A DNA stretch of 61,454 nucleotides, the filler included, from Basidiobolus ranarum (lineage: Eukaryota): the NCBI GenBank assembly GCA_040143965.1. It is 22 parts of 22 records of this genome, joined end to end, with 100 filler letters (N's around TTAATTAATTAA, not from the genome) between each part and the next. Parts side by side here need not be neighbours in the genome. Positions count along the whole stretch, not along the records: positions 22,455 to 25,157 come from JASJQH010003057.1; positions 25,258 to 27,957 come from JASJQH010003058.1; positions 28,058 to 30,754 come from JASJQH010003059.1; positions 30,855 to 33,550 come from JASJQH010003060.1; positions 33,651 to 36,343 come from JASJQH010003061.1; positions 36,444 to 39,135 come from JASJQH010003062.1; 16 more parts are not named here. One strand, given 5' to 3'. This document shows positions 24,418 through 36,500 of the stretch, piece by piece. Under the pieces are notes generated by a model. The model saw nothing but the letters and a program-made list of their open reading frames with translations, was not told the origin of the DNA and did not search any database. Within the stretch, counting starts at the first letter, position 1, and the number at the start of each line of letters is the position of its first letter. The translations under genes and the position numbers were made by a program.

Positions 24418-25157
24418 TGTTGAAAATGGATAAATAGTATCTCATTACTTAGTAGTAAGTTTATTGATATTTGAATTATTTAGCACTTAATTCTGTCAAT
24501 GAAGAACATGTGTTTACTGGTTCAATTGATAGAAAATAAATCAGATCACCTTTACCAATATTGACTATTTTCTCAAAACTTCTCTAAATCATCTCAAATT
24601 TTCACCTATACTTTCCAGGCACATTTGTGATGCTACAAGCATGTGCAATAATCCAGTCTCATAGCAAACTTTACATAGGACAAAATCAATTCAATGAAAT
24701 TAAAGTGTCTAATTCACAAGCCCAAACCTGGTCCAAATCATTTCCAAATCCATAAACACTTTATCAGCTTATGAGCCCCAAGCTAGCTGCTGAAGGAATG
24801 TCTACCAGCACTATTAACAATGCTTTTGCATCCATAGAGAAGCTTGATGGTGAAGACTTTAACCATTGGAAGTTCCAGATGCAAATGCTGTTAAAAGACA
24901 AAGACCTTTGGATTTGTTACTGGAGAGGAATCACAGTCAAAGGAACCACCACAAGCTATCCTTGCCTTTCACAGGAAGCAGAGGAGAACACTCTCTACAA
25001 CTTGTCTACATCTCAGAGAATTTCAATTTAGTCACATATATTGGGCCAAAAATGTCTAAGCTGTCCGGAAAACACTTGAGGAACTATATGAGACTACAAG
25101 TCTGGCTAATAGGCTATAGCATAGGCAAAAGTTACTCTCAATTCAGATGAATACTGA
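24418..25157 (+). mobile_element. Copia family E 5' end: LTR 24418-24766, PBS, gag
   Basis: TGTTGAAA...TTATCA, then GCTTATGAGCCC, then gag EKLDGEDFNHWKFQMQMLL. Same family as 34582-36343. Confidence 0.8.
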
Positions 25158-25257
25158 NNNNNNNNNNNNNNNNNNNNNNNNNNNNNNNNNNNNNNNNNNN
25201 NTTAATTAATTAANNNNNNNNNNNNNNNNNNNNNNNNNNNNNNNNNNNNNNNNNNNN

Positions 25258-26910
25258 CAAGGCAGCACATGTTGGAGCAAGTTTTCTACCTTAAGGTTTG
25301 TGTTTGGCAGTTCCTTGCCTCTTCAATTATGATAGATGCTTCATCTCTTTCAGCTGGCCATGGCTGTGGTTGTATGGAGTATGTGATTGAGTGAGTTGTC
25401 TATCTTGAGATTTGTGTTTGGCCATTCTAGCTTCTTTAGCCATAGTAGAAGCTTAATCTTTTTTGACTGACCATAGCCTCTATCTCATGGTGGAAAGCAT
25501 TGCAATGTATCTTCTACCTTGAGGTTTTTGTTCAGCTGTGGTGGCTTCTTGAAGCTCAATAAGAGCTTCACTATCTCTCTTAAAAGCCCATTGCCATGGT
25601 CTTGTGGTGGTACACATTGTAATGGATTGCTGTCTTTGTACTTTGCTCTTGGGTGTCAGGTCTTCATCCAACAAAGTGGAGGATTCAAAAATACTGGCAG
25701 TTAGCCTGTGCTGCTGTCATGCAATAGTGCTTGTTAATCCAGTATGTCTGTCTGGTGGCATGCTCCTTGGAGCAGACTCTTCTCCAAATGTAAAAAGCCA
25801 ATTAGTTTGTCTTTTGAATCAGGAAAACTGTGCACAATGTGGTGTGAGAATGTAGCCTGTCCCCTTTCTTGTTCTTCATTGCCTGCTTGCTCTTCATCAA
25901 AAATGGGAGAAACATCACTGATTCTTCCAAGCTGGCAGTGCTGTTGGTGTGCACTACTAGCTGATGAACTAACCTGTTGGGCTCTTGCTCTTGATGGAGA
26001 TGTTACCTCAATTCTAGGATGGGTGGTGTAGATTCTTTTTGTGAAATTGATATCTAGTCATGAGTCTCTTTGATTTGGAGTGATCTAGTATATCAGTGCA
26101 AAAGTCTGGACTGCTCTAATTTGCCTTTGGGAATATTTTCTGATTCAATTATTTTAGAGAAGCTTCAATACCAGGCTTCAAGTAAGTGGGAATTATCTAG
26201 GCTTTGTGATGAATGATATTGAACATGCCTGGGACAAAAGATTCAGAGACTCTAATTTCCTTCCATTTCCTGGAGTTGTTCCCAATGAAGTTCTTAACAG
26301 AAATATTCTTGATACAATTTGTGTGAGAATTAGCAGGCCCAAAAGCAACCAAAAGCTATTCTATTCTGACAAGCACAAAGCTCACTATGTAAAGTTCCAG
26401 GCTTTGAGAGATTTGCAAGGAAACATCATTTGGTTTAGTGGCCACATCTAGGGAGACATCAAGAAAAAAGGCTTTGGGTTAGGTGGCATGCACCATTTGT
26501 AAGATATGAGAAGACTATGGCTAATTTGGCATATGTTTGGGAAGAATGCAGAAGGCTAGGATGTGTCACAGCCAATGAGAGGCCCAGAGGAGGGATACTC
26601 ACCCAGAGGCAAAAGCTTTATAGTGACATTTTTACCCATTTTAGAGCAAGAGTAGAACATAGCTTTGGTTCCCTAAAGAGATATAGCATTGTAGCAGGAA
26701 AGTATAGAGGAAAATCATTTTGTAGGCCTCTATCCAAGTTATGCAAAGTAGGCTAAATCTTGATGAATTCTCAATGCATTCATACTCATAGATATCCAAC
26801 AAGAGCTCCAGGCTTGAGACACTGTGAATCAAGCTAGTGCCCAATTGTGCCAATTTGAGCTGGCTCACTTATTAGCTGGCCTGATCCAGCTCAATAAAAT
26901 GAAACAAGTC
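25258..26910 (+). mobile_element. PIF/Harbinger (ISL2EU-like, DDE_Tnp_4) transposon, degenerate; transposase about 26100-26800
   Basis: LDTICVRISRP...FYSDKHKAHYVKFQ...G.IIWFSG, ANLAY (decayed AD.aY) and RARVEHSFG.LKRY. The end sequence 26830-26910 recurs at 28140-28220. Confidence 0.8.
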
Positions 26911-26914
26911 TATT

Positions 26915-27393
26915 CAATATAAGCTTGTTTCATGCTTAGAAATTGATACTATATCCAAACTGAATCTTTATCAAGAATGCATATATGGAAATGCCACAGA
27001 CTGCCATTTTCAAGCTCTGCAGAGATCAAATCCGCTCAGAATTATGCACTGATACATACTGATCTATGTGTACCTATGGGAAATGTCTCAATTGGTGCCA
27101 CAAGGTACCTCAACACCTGTACTATGACAAAACTAGATATACTTGGGGATTCTTGCTCAAATTAAAGAATGAAGCCTTTGCTGTCTTCAAGCACTACAAG
27201 GCAATGGTAGAGGAAGAATCAGCACCAAAAATAAGAGTACTGGCCTTTGCTACTTATTGCTGCAAACATGGAAATAAGCAACAAACTACTGTGTCTTATA
27301 CCCTACAGCAAAATGGAGTATCACAACATGCTAACAAGACCATAGTGGAGATCTCAAGATCAATGTTACATGCTCAAAAGTTAGATTACTAAG
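26915..27393 (+). mobile_element. Copia integrase fragment
   Basis: LIHTDLC.PM, TRYTW.F.LK.KNE and QQNGVS motifs. Confidence 0.82.
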
Positions 27394-27957
27394 CCCTAAC
27401 AGAAATTTGAGGATTGTAATTGTAGGAAAACCATCCCAATTTTAATCCATTTGGGATTGAACATTTACCTAATGTCTTAATATCATCAAGTTATATTTGA
27501 TTATAATCAATTTCTTCAGTTTCTGGAGTGAAATTTCAAGATATTGCAAAATAGCTGCGCATGGTTGACTAAAATCTTAGAGATTTCTGGGTCAACACAT
27601 GTGCAAAAAATGTAACTCAAATTTGCAAATTTACTACTTAAATGCCAATTTGTCACCTTTGAAATCCCTAGTTTCATTGATACATTCTCTTGAATATTTT
27701 TATAGAGTTCTTCATACCCAAGATTTAGCTCCCCTAACAAAAATAAAAGCAATTTGATCCGGATCAGATCCACCCTCCTAAAAAGCAAAATTGTCAGAGA
27801 ACCGTCACAATATTGTTGGCTTGCATTCTGCCAGGGATTTTGATGATGTGACGGCGGTTTCTTGACGGTATCTTGGCAGTATTCATACATGTTAAAATAT
27901 TGATCCTCAAATTTGGCATGCTTTATTCAATATCTAGCAATTTTTGCAAAAATATAA
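27394..27957. mobile_element. CACTA-like termini: left end starting at 27394, with a right end inserted at 27732
   Basis: CCCTAACAGAAAT at 27394 and CCCTAACAAAAAT at 27732, each followed by sequence repeated elsewhere in the window. Confidence 0.72.
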
Positions 27958-28224
27958 NNNNNNNNNNNNNNNNNNNNNNNNNNNNNNNNNNNNNNNNNNN
28001 NTTAATTAATTAANNNNNNNNNNNNNNNNNNNNNNNNNNNNNNNNNNNNNNNNNNNNGCAATGATGTCTAAAAGTACTTTTCTTAAAAAGACAACATAAG
28101 TAAAATAAACTGTTTCCAAAATGGTAAATAGCATTGTGCCGGATAGTGCCCAATCATACCAATTTGTGCTGGCACACTTTTTAACTGGCTTGATCTGGCT
28201 CAATAAAATGGAACAAGTTTATAG

Positions 28225-30186
28225 TAAATCAATAGTTGAGCAAAGTTCTACCAAAACACTGTCAAGACCATCAACTTTGAAAATGGCTACTTTGCCCACT
28301 ATTGAACAACCCTCTGCAGAAAATTTGGATAGAATTATTACAACATGGGATTTGCAGGCAGAACACCATAATGATTTGTATGCAAACATAAGTAAAAACT
28401 ATGAAGTTGCTATACAGGCCATGACAAGCAATAACACTGCAATATTGCAATTAATGCAGTGTTTGGAAGCAACCAGTCAACAGTTAGAGAGTCACTCAAC
28501 AATGATACAAGACCTTGAGAATGCTGTACTTGAGCTAGAGCAACATGCTGCTCACTCCATTCATTCCCATATGGGATTTCAATCAATCCCACACCATACA
28601 TATGAACTTCACCATGACAATCCAGCAGAGCAGAATATGTGTTGGACCATTAAGCCAATGCAACAACCCAAAATTACTTGTGCACATGAAAGTTGAAATC
28701 TCATAGGAAAACCAGCAAACCAAAAGATTCTGAATGTCAGTGCTGCCGTTACTTGCTCTGATGATGAGTGGTTTAATAATCTGGAGACTGTGTGGAATCT
28801 TGCCTGAAATCACCTGGATTTGAGCCAATTGTGGAAAAACAAAAAACCAGGCGTTACTCTGAAGGTTCTTGACCTATTTCATGTGGCTTATCCTGGGTTT
28901 TTGCAAGCACGTGGTAGTTGGGCTAGTATAGGCCTATTCATGAAACATCTCAAAAATGTGCACAATTATTGACTTGGAAATGAAAGAAAAGCAGCTAAAG
29001 AAGTACTCAAGGAGCAGGAAGTTGGTAAACTCAAGGGAAAAGCAAAGGAACCAGTGAGTTTAGGCTCTACTCTCCGACTTACCAAATTCTTGACACCATT
29101 ATGGAGATCTGCATTTCCAGAGTCAGATATACTGGCAAAAAGGCTTAATCTCATCATGGAACTGGGTACAGGAGCTGGAAGAGTGTGTAAATCAGAAGTT
29201 TATCCAAAACCTGGCACCTCTCCACAAGCCCAAACACCAGCAAAAGAAACTCATGGCTCTCCAACCTCAACTTGTACGTTTCAAAGTGTTGAAACTTGCC
29301 CCAAAGTTAAAGGCAAGCAAAAAGCCTCACAAACACTGCAAAGCACCCTCAGCTGTGTTACACTGCAAGGATGTACAAAAATAGTCAAAGTGCTTGAGGA
29401 GTATTTTCAAAAGTATGAAAGGTAAATCTGAGTTCAAGTATGCAGAAAGTGGCTTAAGAAGAAGAACATTCAACCTGTCATTTGGTCTGGTGTTGACTAT
29501 GCAGATATCAGGGAAGAACTTAATACAGAGTGGCACAATATTTCAGGGTATCCATCAGATAACCAAAAGAATGTTGATCCAGCAACATTAATACAATGGT
29601 GGTCTTTGATGGAGATATTGATACAAACTGGTGTTGGGTATGAGCTACACCTTGATTATGAAGAAATCTATAAAAATATTCAGGTTAATCAGTCTGGTGT
29701 TGACTGTGCAGATATCTGGGACAAAGTTAATACATAGTGGCACACTATTGCAGGGTATCCGCCCGATAGCTGGAAAAATTTTGATTCAGCAATGTTGATA
29801 CAATTGTGGGCTTTGATGCAGATATTGACACAAACTTGTGTTGGGGATGAGCTAAACCTTGGGTATGAAGAACTCTACAAAAATATTCAGGAGAATATAT
29901 CAAAGAGACTAGGGTTTTCAAAGGTGACAAATTAGAATTCAAGTGGTAATTGTGTAAAATTAGAGTTATGTTTTTTGCACATGTGTGTTCCATAGTTCTC
30001 TGGGATTGTAGCCAATCATGCACAACTCTTTTGCAAGATCTTGCAATTTCACACCTGAAATCAAAAAAATTGATAAAAATCAAATGTAACTTGATGATTT
30101 TATGATAGTAAGTAAATGGTCAATCCCAAATAGATTCAAATCATGACAGTTTTCCTACAGTAATAATCCTCAACTTTCTGTTAGGG
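28225..30186 (+). mobile_element. CACTA-like element arm: degenerate ORF2 running toward a terminus ending ...TTTCTGTTAGGG
   Basis: Coiled-coil-like ORF pieces (28121-28696, 29054-29425) are shared with contigs 5 and 6. A ~207-bp tandem duplication lies at about 29485-29891. The terminus is the reverse complement of 27394 onward. Confidence 0.65.
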
Positions 30187-30645
30187 ATCTGTTCAAGCAA
30201 TGACGCATCTACTTGTGGCAGGACTTTTGTTGACTGCAAGTTGGGGATATATTGGCTGGGTTCTTTATGGAAATGCCAAAATCCAAGAGCTTATTCTCAT
30301 TGTGAAAGGTAACAACAGTCAGCTATTTGCCAAGTGTCAGTACTATTCAAAATTTCAGATGTTGAGTGACTTTTCCACCATTAGTTTGCTGGTAAAGCAT
30401 ATTGATGTTGTTGAGTTATGTCTGATCAGTCACGTATGTGCATATGTAGAGACTAAACACAACAAGATTCTTGTATTTTTTGATTCACATGATGGCTAGA
30501 ATACAAAGCCAAAAATATTCAAATAAAGACATGCCTATTAATTCAAATTCAAACAGCAGTAAACCTAGTAATTTGCCATTGAAAAACTATATTTTGCAAA
30601 AATATCCCAAAATTAAATAATACATACCAAATATGAGGATCAATA
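30187..30645 (+). mobile_element. CACTA-like subterminal fragment
   Basis: Closely matches 34015-34420 and 53720-54180. Confidence 0.68.
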
Positions 30646-31203
30646 TTGTTGAAAGTCTGGTGACTTGTGGTACAAGCAGTAATTCCCAAAGAGGAAAATA
30701 TTGAGTATGGTGACTGCATCTGAACACAAAGTCTAAGGCCAATCAGTTGCTTGTNNNNNNNNNNNNNNNNNNNNNNNNNNNNNNNNNNNNNNNNNNNNTT
30801 AATTAATTAANNNNNNNNNNNNNNNNNNNNNNNNNNNNNNNNNNNNNNNNNNNNTTAAGTATGGATATGATCCAGTATTGTCACAATATCTTAAAAGATT
30901 GATGTCTTGATTGTCACTTTGTTTAGATTAGTATTTAAGCTAAATAAAGTCCACACCATCTGGTGTTTTTCATCCCCTATTCTCTTAGGCCTAGCTTACT
31001 AGGAAACTTAGCTTTGTCAACATCTTGACTTTATCTTTGAATATTATATTCTAACTTGGCTTATTTATTTATTGACTTTGTTTAAATTGATAAATAAATA
31101 TTACACCTTCTGGTGTTTATCATCCCCCCCTAACCCTAAACATTTTATCTTTGTCAATATTTCCAACATTTGTCAGGTTTTACCATACTATATGTGCTAA
31201 TTT

Positions 31204-31549
31204 TGTTAAAGTATTTGGGAGCCTGTGGAGGTGGTTTGAAGAATTAGAGAAATTGGTGGTTTTCACTTGTTGATTTATTGAGTAGAAAGTTGACATTTAC
31301 ACATTTGTTAAGATGTAAGCAAACCAACGTAAAGAATGTGCTAAGAAAGATCCCAGGAACATGTGTTCAGAGTTTGAGGGTTCTTGCACAAGTTTGAAAA
31401 TCTATATATCTAAGAACTGCTAAGTTGGTAAAAATATTCCAAGTAAATTCCTTATGAGAATAATTGGTAATTTCATAGTCCTATTTAAGATAACTAAATA
31501 CTAATCTATATATGACTAAATAGGTGTTTTGGCAATGGTGATTTCAACA
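31204..31549 (-). repeat. Family A solo LTR
   Basis: Full-length LTR flanked by AATTT and AACTT (5-bp TSD with one mismatch). Confidence 0.87.
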
Positions 31550-31719
31550 AACTTTACTTACAAAATATTAACTAAATAATTATCTGTTGAAAATGACATA
31601 GCTTAAGCATCTATATAGTCATATAGTTAGCTACCTAAATAACACTCATTATTCGATATCTTCCTTTACTTGAATACTTTTACCAACTTGGTGTTATAAT
31701 TAGCATATTACTCATCATT

Positions 31720-33057
31720 TTCAAAAGAAATTTACTTTTTTGCCATTATTATCCGTTTCAGTATCATAAGAACCAGCTCTATTGCCACCCTTTTCAGTAT
31801 CATAAATGCCAGCATCATTACCGCCTTTGTCATTGCCATTGTCTCCTCTATTTCCAGTGCCACCATTTCCATCTCCGTTGCCATTATCACCCTTTCCAGC
31901 ATCATAAGAGCCAGCTCTATTGCCACCGTTGCCAGCCCCACTGTAGCCATTACCATCTCCACGCTTACTAGCATCATAAACGCCAGCTCAAATGCCATTA
32001 TCCCGTCCATTACCAGAACCTCCTCTACCATCGCCATTGCCATTATCCCGTCCATTACAAGCACCACCGCTCCCATCGCCATTGCCATTTCCACCCGTTC
32101 CAGTATCATAGGTACCAGTTTCATGGCTACCGTTGCCATTTTCATTGTCTCAACTATTTCAAACTTCATCAGGGCCAGCTCCTTCACCGCTCTGTTGTTG
32201 GAACAACTATTTCCAGCACCACTTCCACTAGGACTCTTTCCAGAATTATAAGTGCTGGCTCCATCATTGCCGTTTCCGTTGCAATTATCTCCTCCATTAC
32301 CAATGCCACTGTTACCGTCGCCGTTTTCATTACTACCCTTACCAGCATCATATGCACCAGTTCCGGTGCCGCCGTTTGCATTGCCATTATCTCTTCCATT
32401 TCCAACCGCATCTTACCCTGAAGAGTATGGTCAAGCTGGAAAAAGGCCCACCAGCTCTCAGATGCACAGTAATTCTGGTAGAACAAGGTGCTCTTAGTTA
32501 GCGTTGTAGCGCATACCAATAAATGAACATTTATAAAAGAGATGGTAGTATAAGTAATAAGGCAGGCTCTGGCAAAAGTGGGCTCTAACCATATGCGCTC
32601 TTACTGGAATGAGCCTATTCCAGACCCACTTTGATCGATCAAATGCTCTGATTTTGCACCATTAAGATTCAGCACTCTTACTGAAAGAGAAGCCCGGCAG
32701 AAGTGGTAGTACGAGGGAAAAGAAGACTCTCATTATGAGCATGCTTGGAATTAAAAGGCTCTATGCAAAGATTGTTCTTCTTATTCCTATATATATATAT
32801 ATCATTCACCGAACATTGATACGTCTGGATCTTCCCCTCGTTGGTTCTACTACTGTCCGCGATATCAAGACTCATAGGAGTTTTGTCTCCTTTTAAAATT
32901 GAGACTGGTCAAATTTGCATTGACTTGGATACATTTCTTCATAAGTGCCTGCATCCTGGAAGGCCTCATATCCATTCTCAATAGGGTATTTTCTGGGACT
33001 TTCTCCTAAGGCAGTAGCCGTGAGCGATAGCACCCAGAGAGCAGCAATAGTCAACAT
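31720..33057 (-). pseudogene. Secreted Gly/Asn-rich repeat protein, disrupted
   Basis: Signal peptide MLTIAALWVLSLTATALG. The biologically plausible frame of 31720-32420 is GNG...GAGxYDAGKG..GNG repeats, with three in-frame TGA and one frameshift near 32195. The ORF-track calls here are off-frame. Confidence 0.6.
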
Positions 33058-33378
33058 AATGTACTTTACACTCACATACGTATGGATCATTCTATAGTAC
33101 ACTTCACTGAAACACACCCAGTTGATATATTAATCATTGGAAACATGAAGACGTACTCTTCACAGAGAATGGAGCATGTGCTGGATTGTTAATACAAGAT
33201 CAGAATGACTCTTCGATCATTACACCCTCTCAACCTCGGCCCTCAGTCTCGGATGTTGAGATGGAAATGTATCGAAGTTTAAATCATACTTTTCTCAGCA
33301 ATTTACACATAGCAATCTTATATAACTTATACAACATCTTATATGTTCATTTTGCACTAGTCGATAACTATAGAATCG

Positions 33379-33457
33379 GAATTTATAGGTGGGTGAATTT
33401 ATAGGTGGGTGAATTTATAGGTGGTGAATTTATAGGTGGTGAATTTATAGGTGGGTG
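33379..33457 (+). repeat. Minisatellite GAATTTATAGGTGG(G)T x5
   Basis: Five adjacent 15-16 bp units, read directly from the sequence. Confidence 0.92.
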
Positions 33458-33650
33458 CAACTGATGCCGCAGAACTCAAATGAAGCAAAATAAGTGATTG
33501 ATTGTTAAGGATTGCTGGGTTCAAGTATAAACATGTATGATGTATAGATANNNNNNNNNNNNNNNNNNNNNNNNNNNNNNNNNNNNNNNNNNNNTTAATT
33601 AATTAANNNNNNNNNNNNNNNNNNNNNNNNNNNNNNNNNNNNNNNNNNNN

Positions 33651-34581
33651 AAATGGAGCACACCTACAGTGAAATGATGGTCCATGTGAGATTGTCAGTA
33701 TTACTGTATGCTAATCTGAGCAACAATGTATCAGCAAAATCAGTGATGGATGTAATGCAATGGGTTAAGGTGACTCCAGAGTATATTAACCAGCCAACAA
33801 AGGGCTCTTTTTAATGTGCTCACAGGTTTTTGCATTGTTTGAGCATAATAACAGCAACAAAGCCCAATCCATGGACATAGAGTAAGTACCTCTATAATTG
33901 CACTAATTTGCTTGTGTGATAATCTGATGATATTTTTAGGAAAGCTGCAAGACATACTTCTTGGTGAGATAGATGGATATACATGGTATTATCATTTTAG
34001 CCATAGGGTAACCTATTCAAGCAATGACACATCTACTTGTGGCAGAACATTTGTTGACTGCAAGTTGGGGACATATTGGCTGAATATTTTATGGAAATTT
34101 GCCAAGTGTCAATGCTATTCAAAATTTCAGATGTTTAGCAATTTTTCCACCATTAGTTTGCTGGTAAAGCATATTGATGTTGTTGAGTTATGTCTACTCA
34201 GTCAAGTATGTGCATATGTAGAGACTAAACACAACAAGATTCTTTTATTTTTTGATTCTCATTATGGCTGCAATACAAAGCCTAAAATATCTAAATAAAG
34301 GCATGCATATTAATTTGAATTCATACAGCAGTAAACCCAGTAATTTGCCATTCAAAAATTATGTTTTGCAAAATTGCTGGATATTGAATAACAAATGCTA
34401 AAACTGAGGATCAATATTTTAACATGTATGAATACTGTCAGAATACTGTCAAGAAACCACCATCACACTATCAAAATCCCTGGCAGAATGCAAGCCACTA
34501 ATATTATGACGGTTCTCTGACAGTTTTGCTCTTTTGAAGGATGGATCCAATCCGGATCAAAGCAATTTTATTTTTGTTAGG
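33651..34581 (+). mobile_element. CACTA-like transposase 3' remnant and right terminus
   Basis: ME....EM..HV.LSV..YANL.NNV region, ending ...ATTTTTGTTAGG. Confidence 0.72.
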
Positions 34582-36343
34582 AATGTTGTGCAAATCCATT
34601 TTTCTATAGAGTCCAAGGTATACTAGCTTGTTGTCTAATTGCTTATTTCAAGCAAAAACTAGCAAAGTCCTTAGTGCAGTATAATTCTCCATTTTCACTA
34701 CTAAGTATACTTGTTTCTTGACTTATTTTTTCTCTAGCATTGCATTGTAGTGTTGAGTGTAACCAAGGCTTCAGATTTTAATGTTAGAAAGAATGCCCAG
34801 TTAATTCATGTTTTGTCATCAAGAAAGGGGAAATAGAACCTTTTGCCACCTATTGCAACATTTGTAATGGGCCCATATAAGGCAAATCTTTGAGGCTAAG
34901 ATTTTTAGCAGATATGCTCTCTCTGGCACTCAAAAACAGCTGTGAGTGATGTTCTCCATATAGGAAACCCTTGATTAGATCCAGTTTGGTGTTACTCTCT
35001 ATTTTTTAACCTGAAACAAAATGATGATGGATTATTTGATCAGCGTTTGTTCATTAATGTTCAATGACATGTATGACAGCTTATGTCACTAGTATTGGCT
35101 AATTTGCATTCTTAGAATGCACTTTCTTGATTTCTATCTTGTACAAATTCTGAGTATTCACCCAGTAGCTAATTTGGTACTATTCTGGTGTGAAATATTG
35201 TATCTAATCAGGCTGAACACAGAACTTAGTCCTTACACTTATGCTTTACTTGCTGCTGGCAAATCCTAGGCTATATTATTAAACATTGTACGAGATCTAT
35301 ATTTGCAGACTGTGAAGCTAAATTGTGTTCCAAATTGCCCAAAACTGTTCCCTGACTACCTGCATCTATTGCATAGCTGTCTCCTAAGTAGACTATTTGT
35401 GTTTGAATGGGTTTTAAGCTGGAACACCAATCTTTTTTGTTTAACATATGCTGGGAAGCTCTGGATACAACTTGCCTAGTTTCTGAGTCTTTCTGGGTGA
35501 TTACCACTAGGGTAAGCACAGATAGGTTCTACCTATTAGAGCCTTCTTGTTTTGCTTGATGTAATTTATTTACCTTTGGGCAAAATATTTTTGTGTGTTC
35601 TTTGATTAAACAGACTGGTTTCTTGCAATACTTGCCAAAGATGAATTTCCTATCCAGGGCACTGCTATTAAAGCCTGTTGGATGCTTTACAGCTTCACAA
35701 AAAGCTAGATCTGTTTTGTTTTTCAACAACTAGAGCTCCTTAATTCTTCATTCAAAAGCCTAGCACCAACATATTCCATTATTAATGGCTCTGATCTTGA
35801 TTCAAGGGCAATTACAAGGTTACCAAGCTCATCTGGCAGGCTCACAAGTAGTATCATGACTAAGTCATCTTCATTTAGAGGTGCTCCAATGGATGAGAGC
35901 TGATCTGCCATAGTTTTTAACCAATTTATATGATTAAGCATAGAATCATCAGGATTCATCTGAATTGAGAGCAATTTTTGCCTAAGATATAGCCTATTAG
36001 CCAGACCTTTAGCCTCATATAGTCCCACAAGTGTTTCCCAAGCAGTTTGGATGTTTTTGGCTGATTGTATGTGCCTCAATTGAGAATCTCTGAGATGTAG
36101 ACAAAGTGTAGAGAGTGCTTTCCTCTGCTTTTTGTGAAAGGCAAGGATAGCTTCTAGTGGTCCCCTTGGCTCTATTTCTTCTCCTGTAACAAATTGTCAA
36201 AGGTCCTTGCCTTCCAGCACCAATTGCATCTTGAACTTCCAAAGATGAAAGTTTTCAACATCAAACTTCTCTTTGGATGCAAAATATTGGTAATAGTACT
36301 GGTAGACATTCCTTTAACAGCTAGCTTGGGGCTCATACCCTGA
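34582..36343 (-). mobile_element. Copia family E, degenerate: PBS, gag, PR, IN
   Basis: GGTATGAGCCCCAAGCTAG at the contig end, gag LYEAKGLANRLYLRQKL, SRASQHM and integrase remnants. Confidence 0.87.
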
Positions 36344-36443
36344 NNNNNNNNNNNNNNNNNNNNNNNNNNNNNNNNNNNNNNNNNNNNTTAATTAATTAAN
36401 NNNNNNNNNNNNNNNNNNNNNNNNNNNNNNNNNNNNNNNNNNN

Positions 36444-36500
36444 AGGGATTGAAATTGTGATGGTTTTCCTACAATAACAATCCTCAAATTTCTGTTAGGG
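36444..36500 (+). mobile_element. CACTA-like terminus inserted in a copia protease region
   Basis: ...TCCTCAAATTTCTGTTAGGG, the same end as at 30186. Confidence 0.7.

Noticed and set aside
31720-32200. In-frame TGAs as evidence of stop-codon reassignment or readthrough
   Set aside because: Rab2 ends with TGA, the intact genes have no internal TGA, and a frameshift is also present, so pseudogene decay is the simpler explanation.
31732-32519. Met/Ala/Val-rich ORFs and a Pro/Leu-rich + strand ORF
   Set aside because: These are alternative-frame readings of a Gly/Asn repeat.
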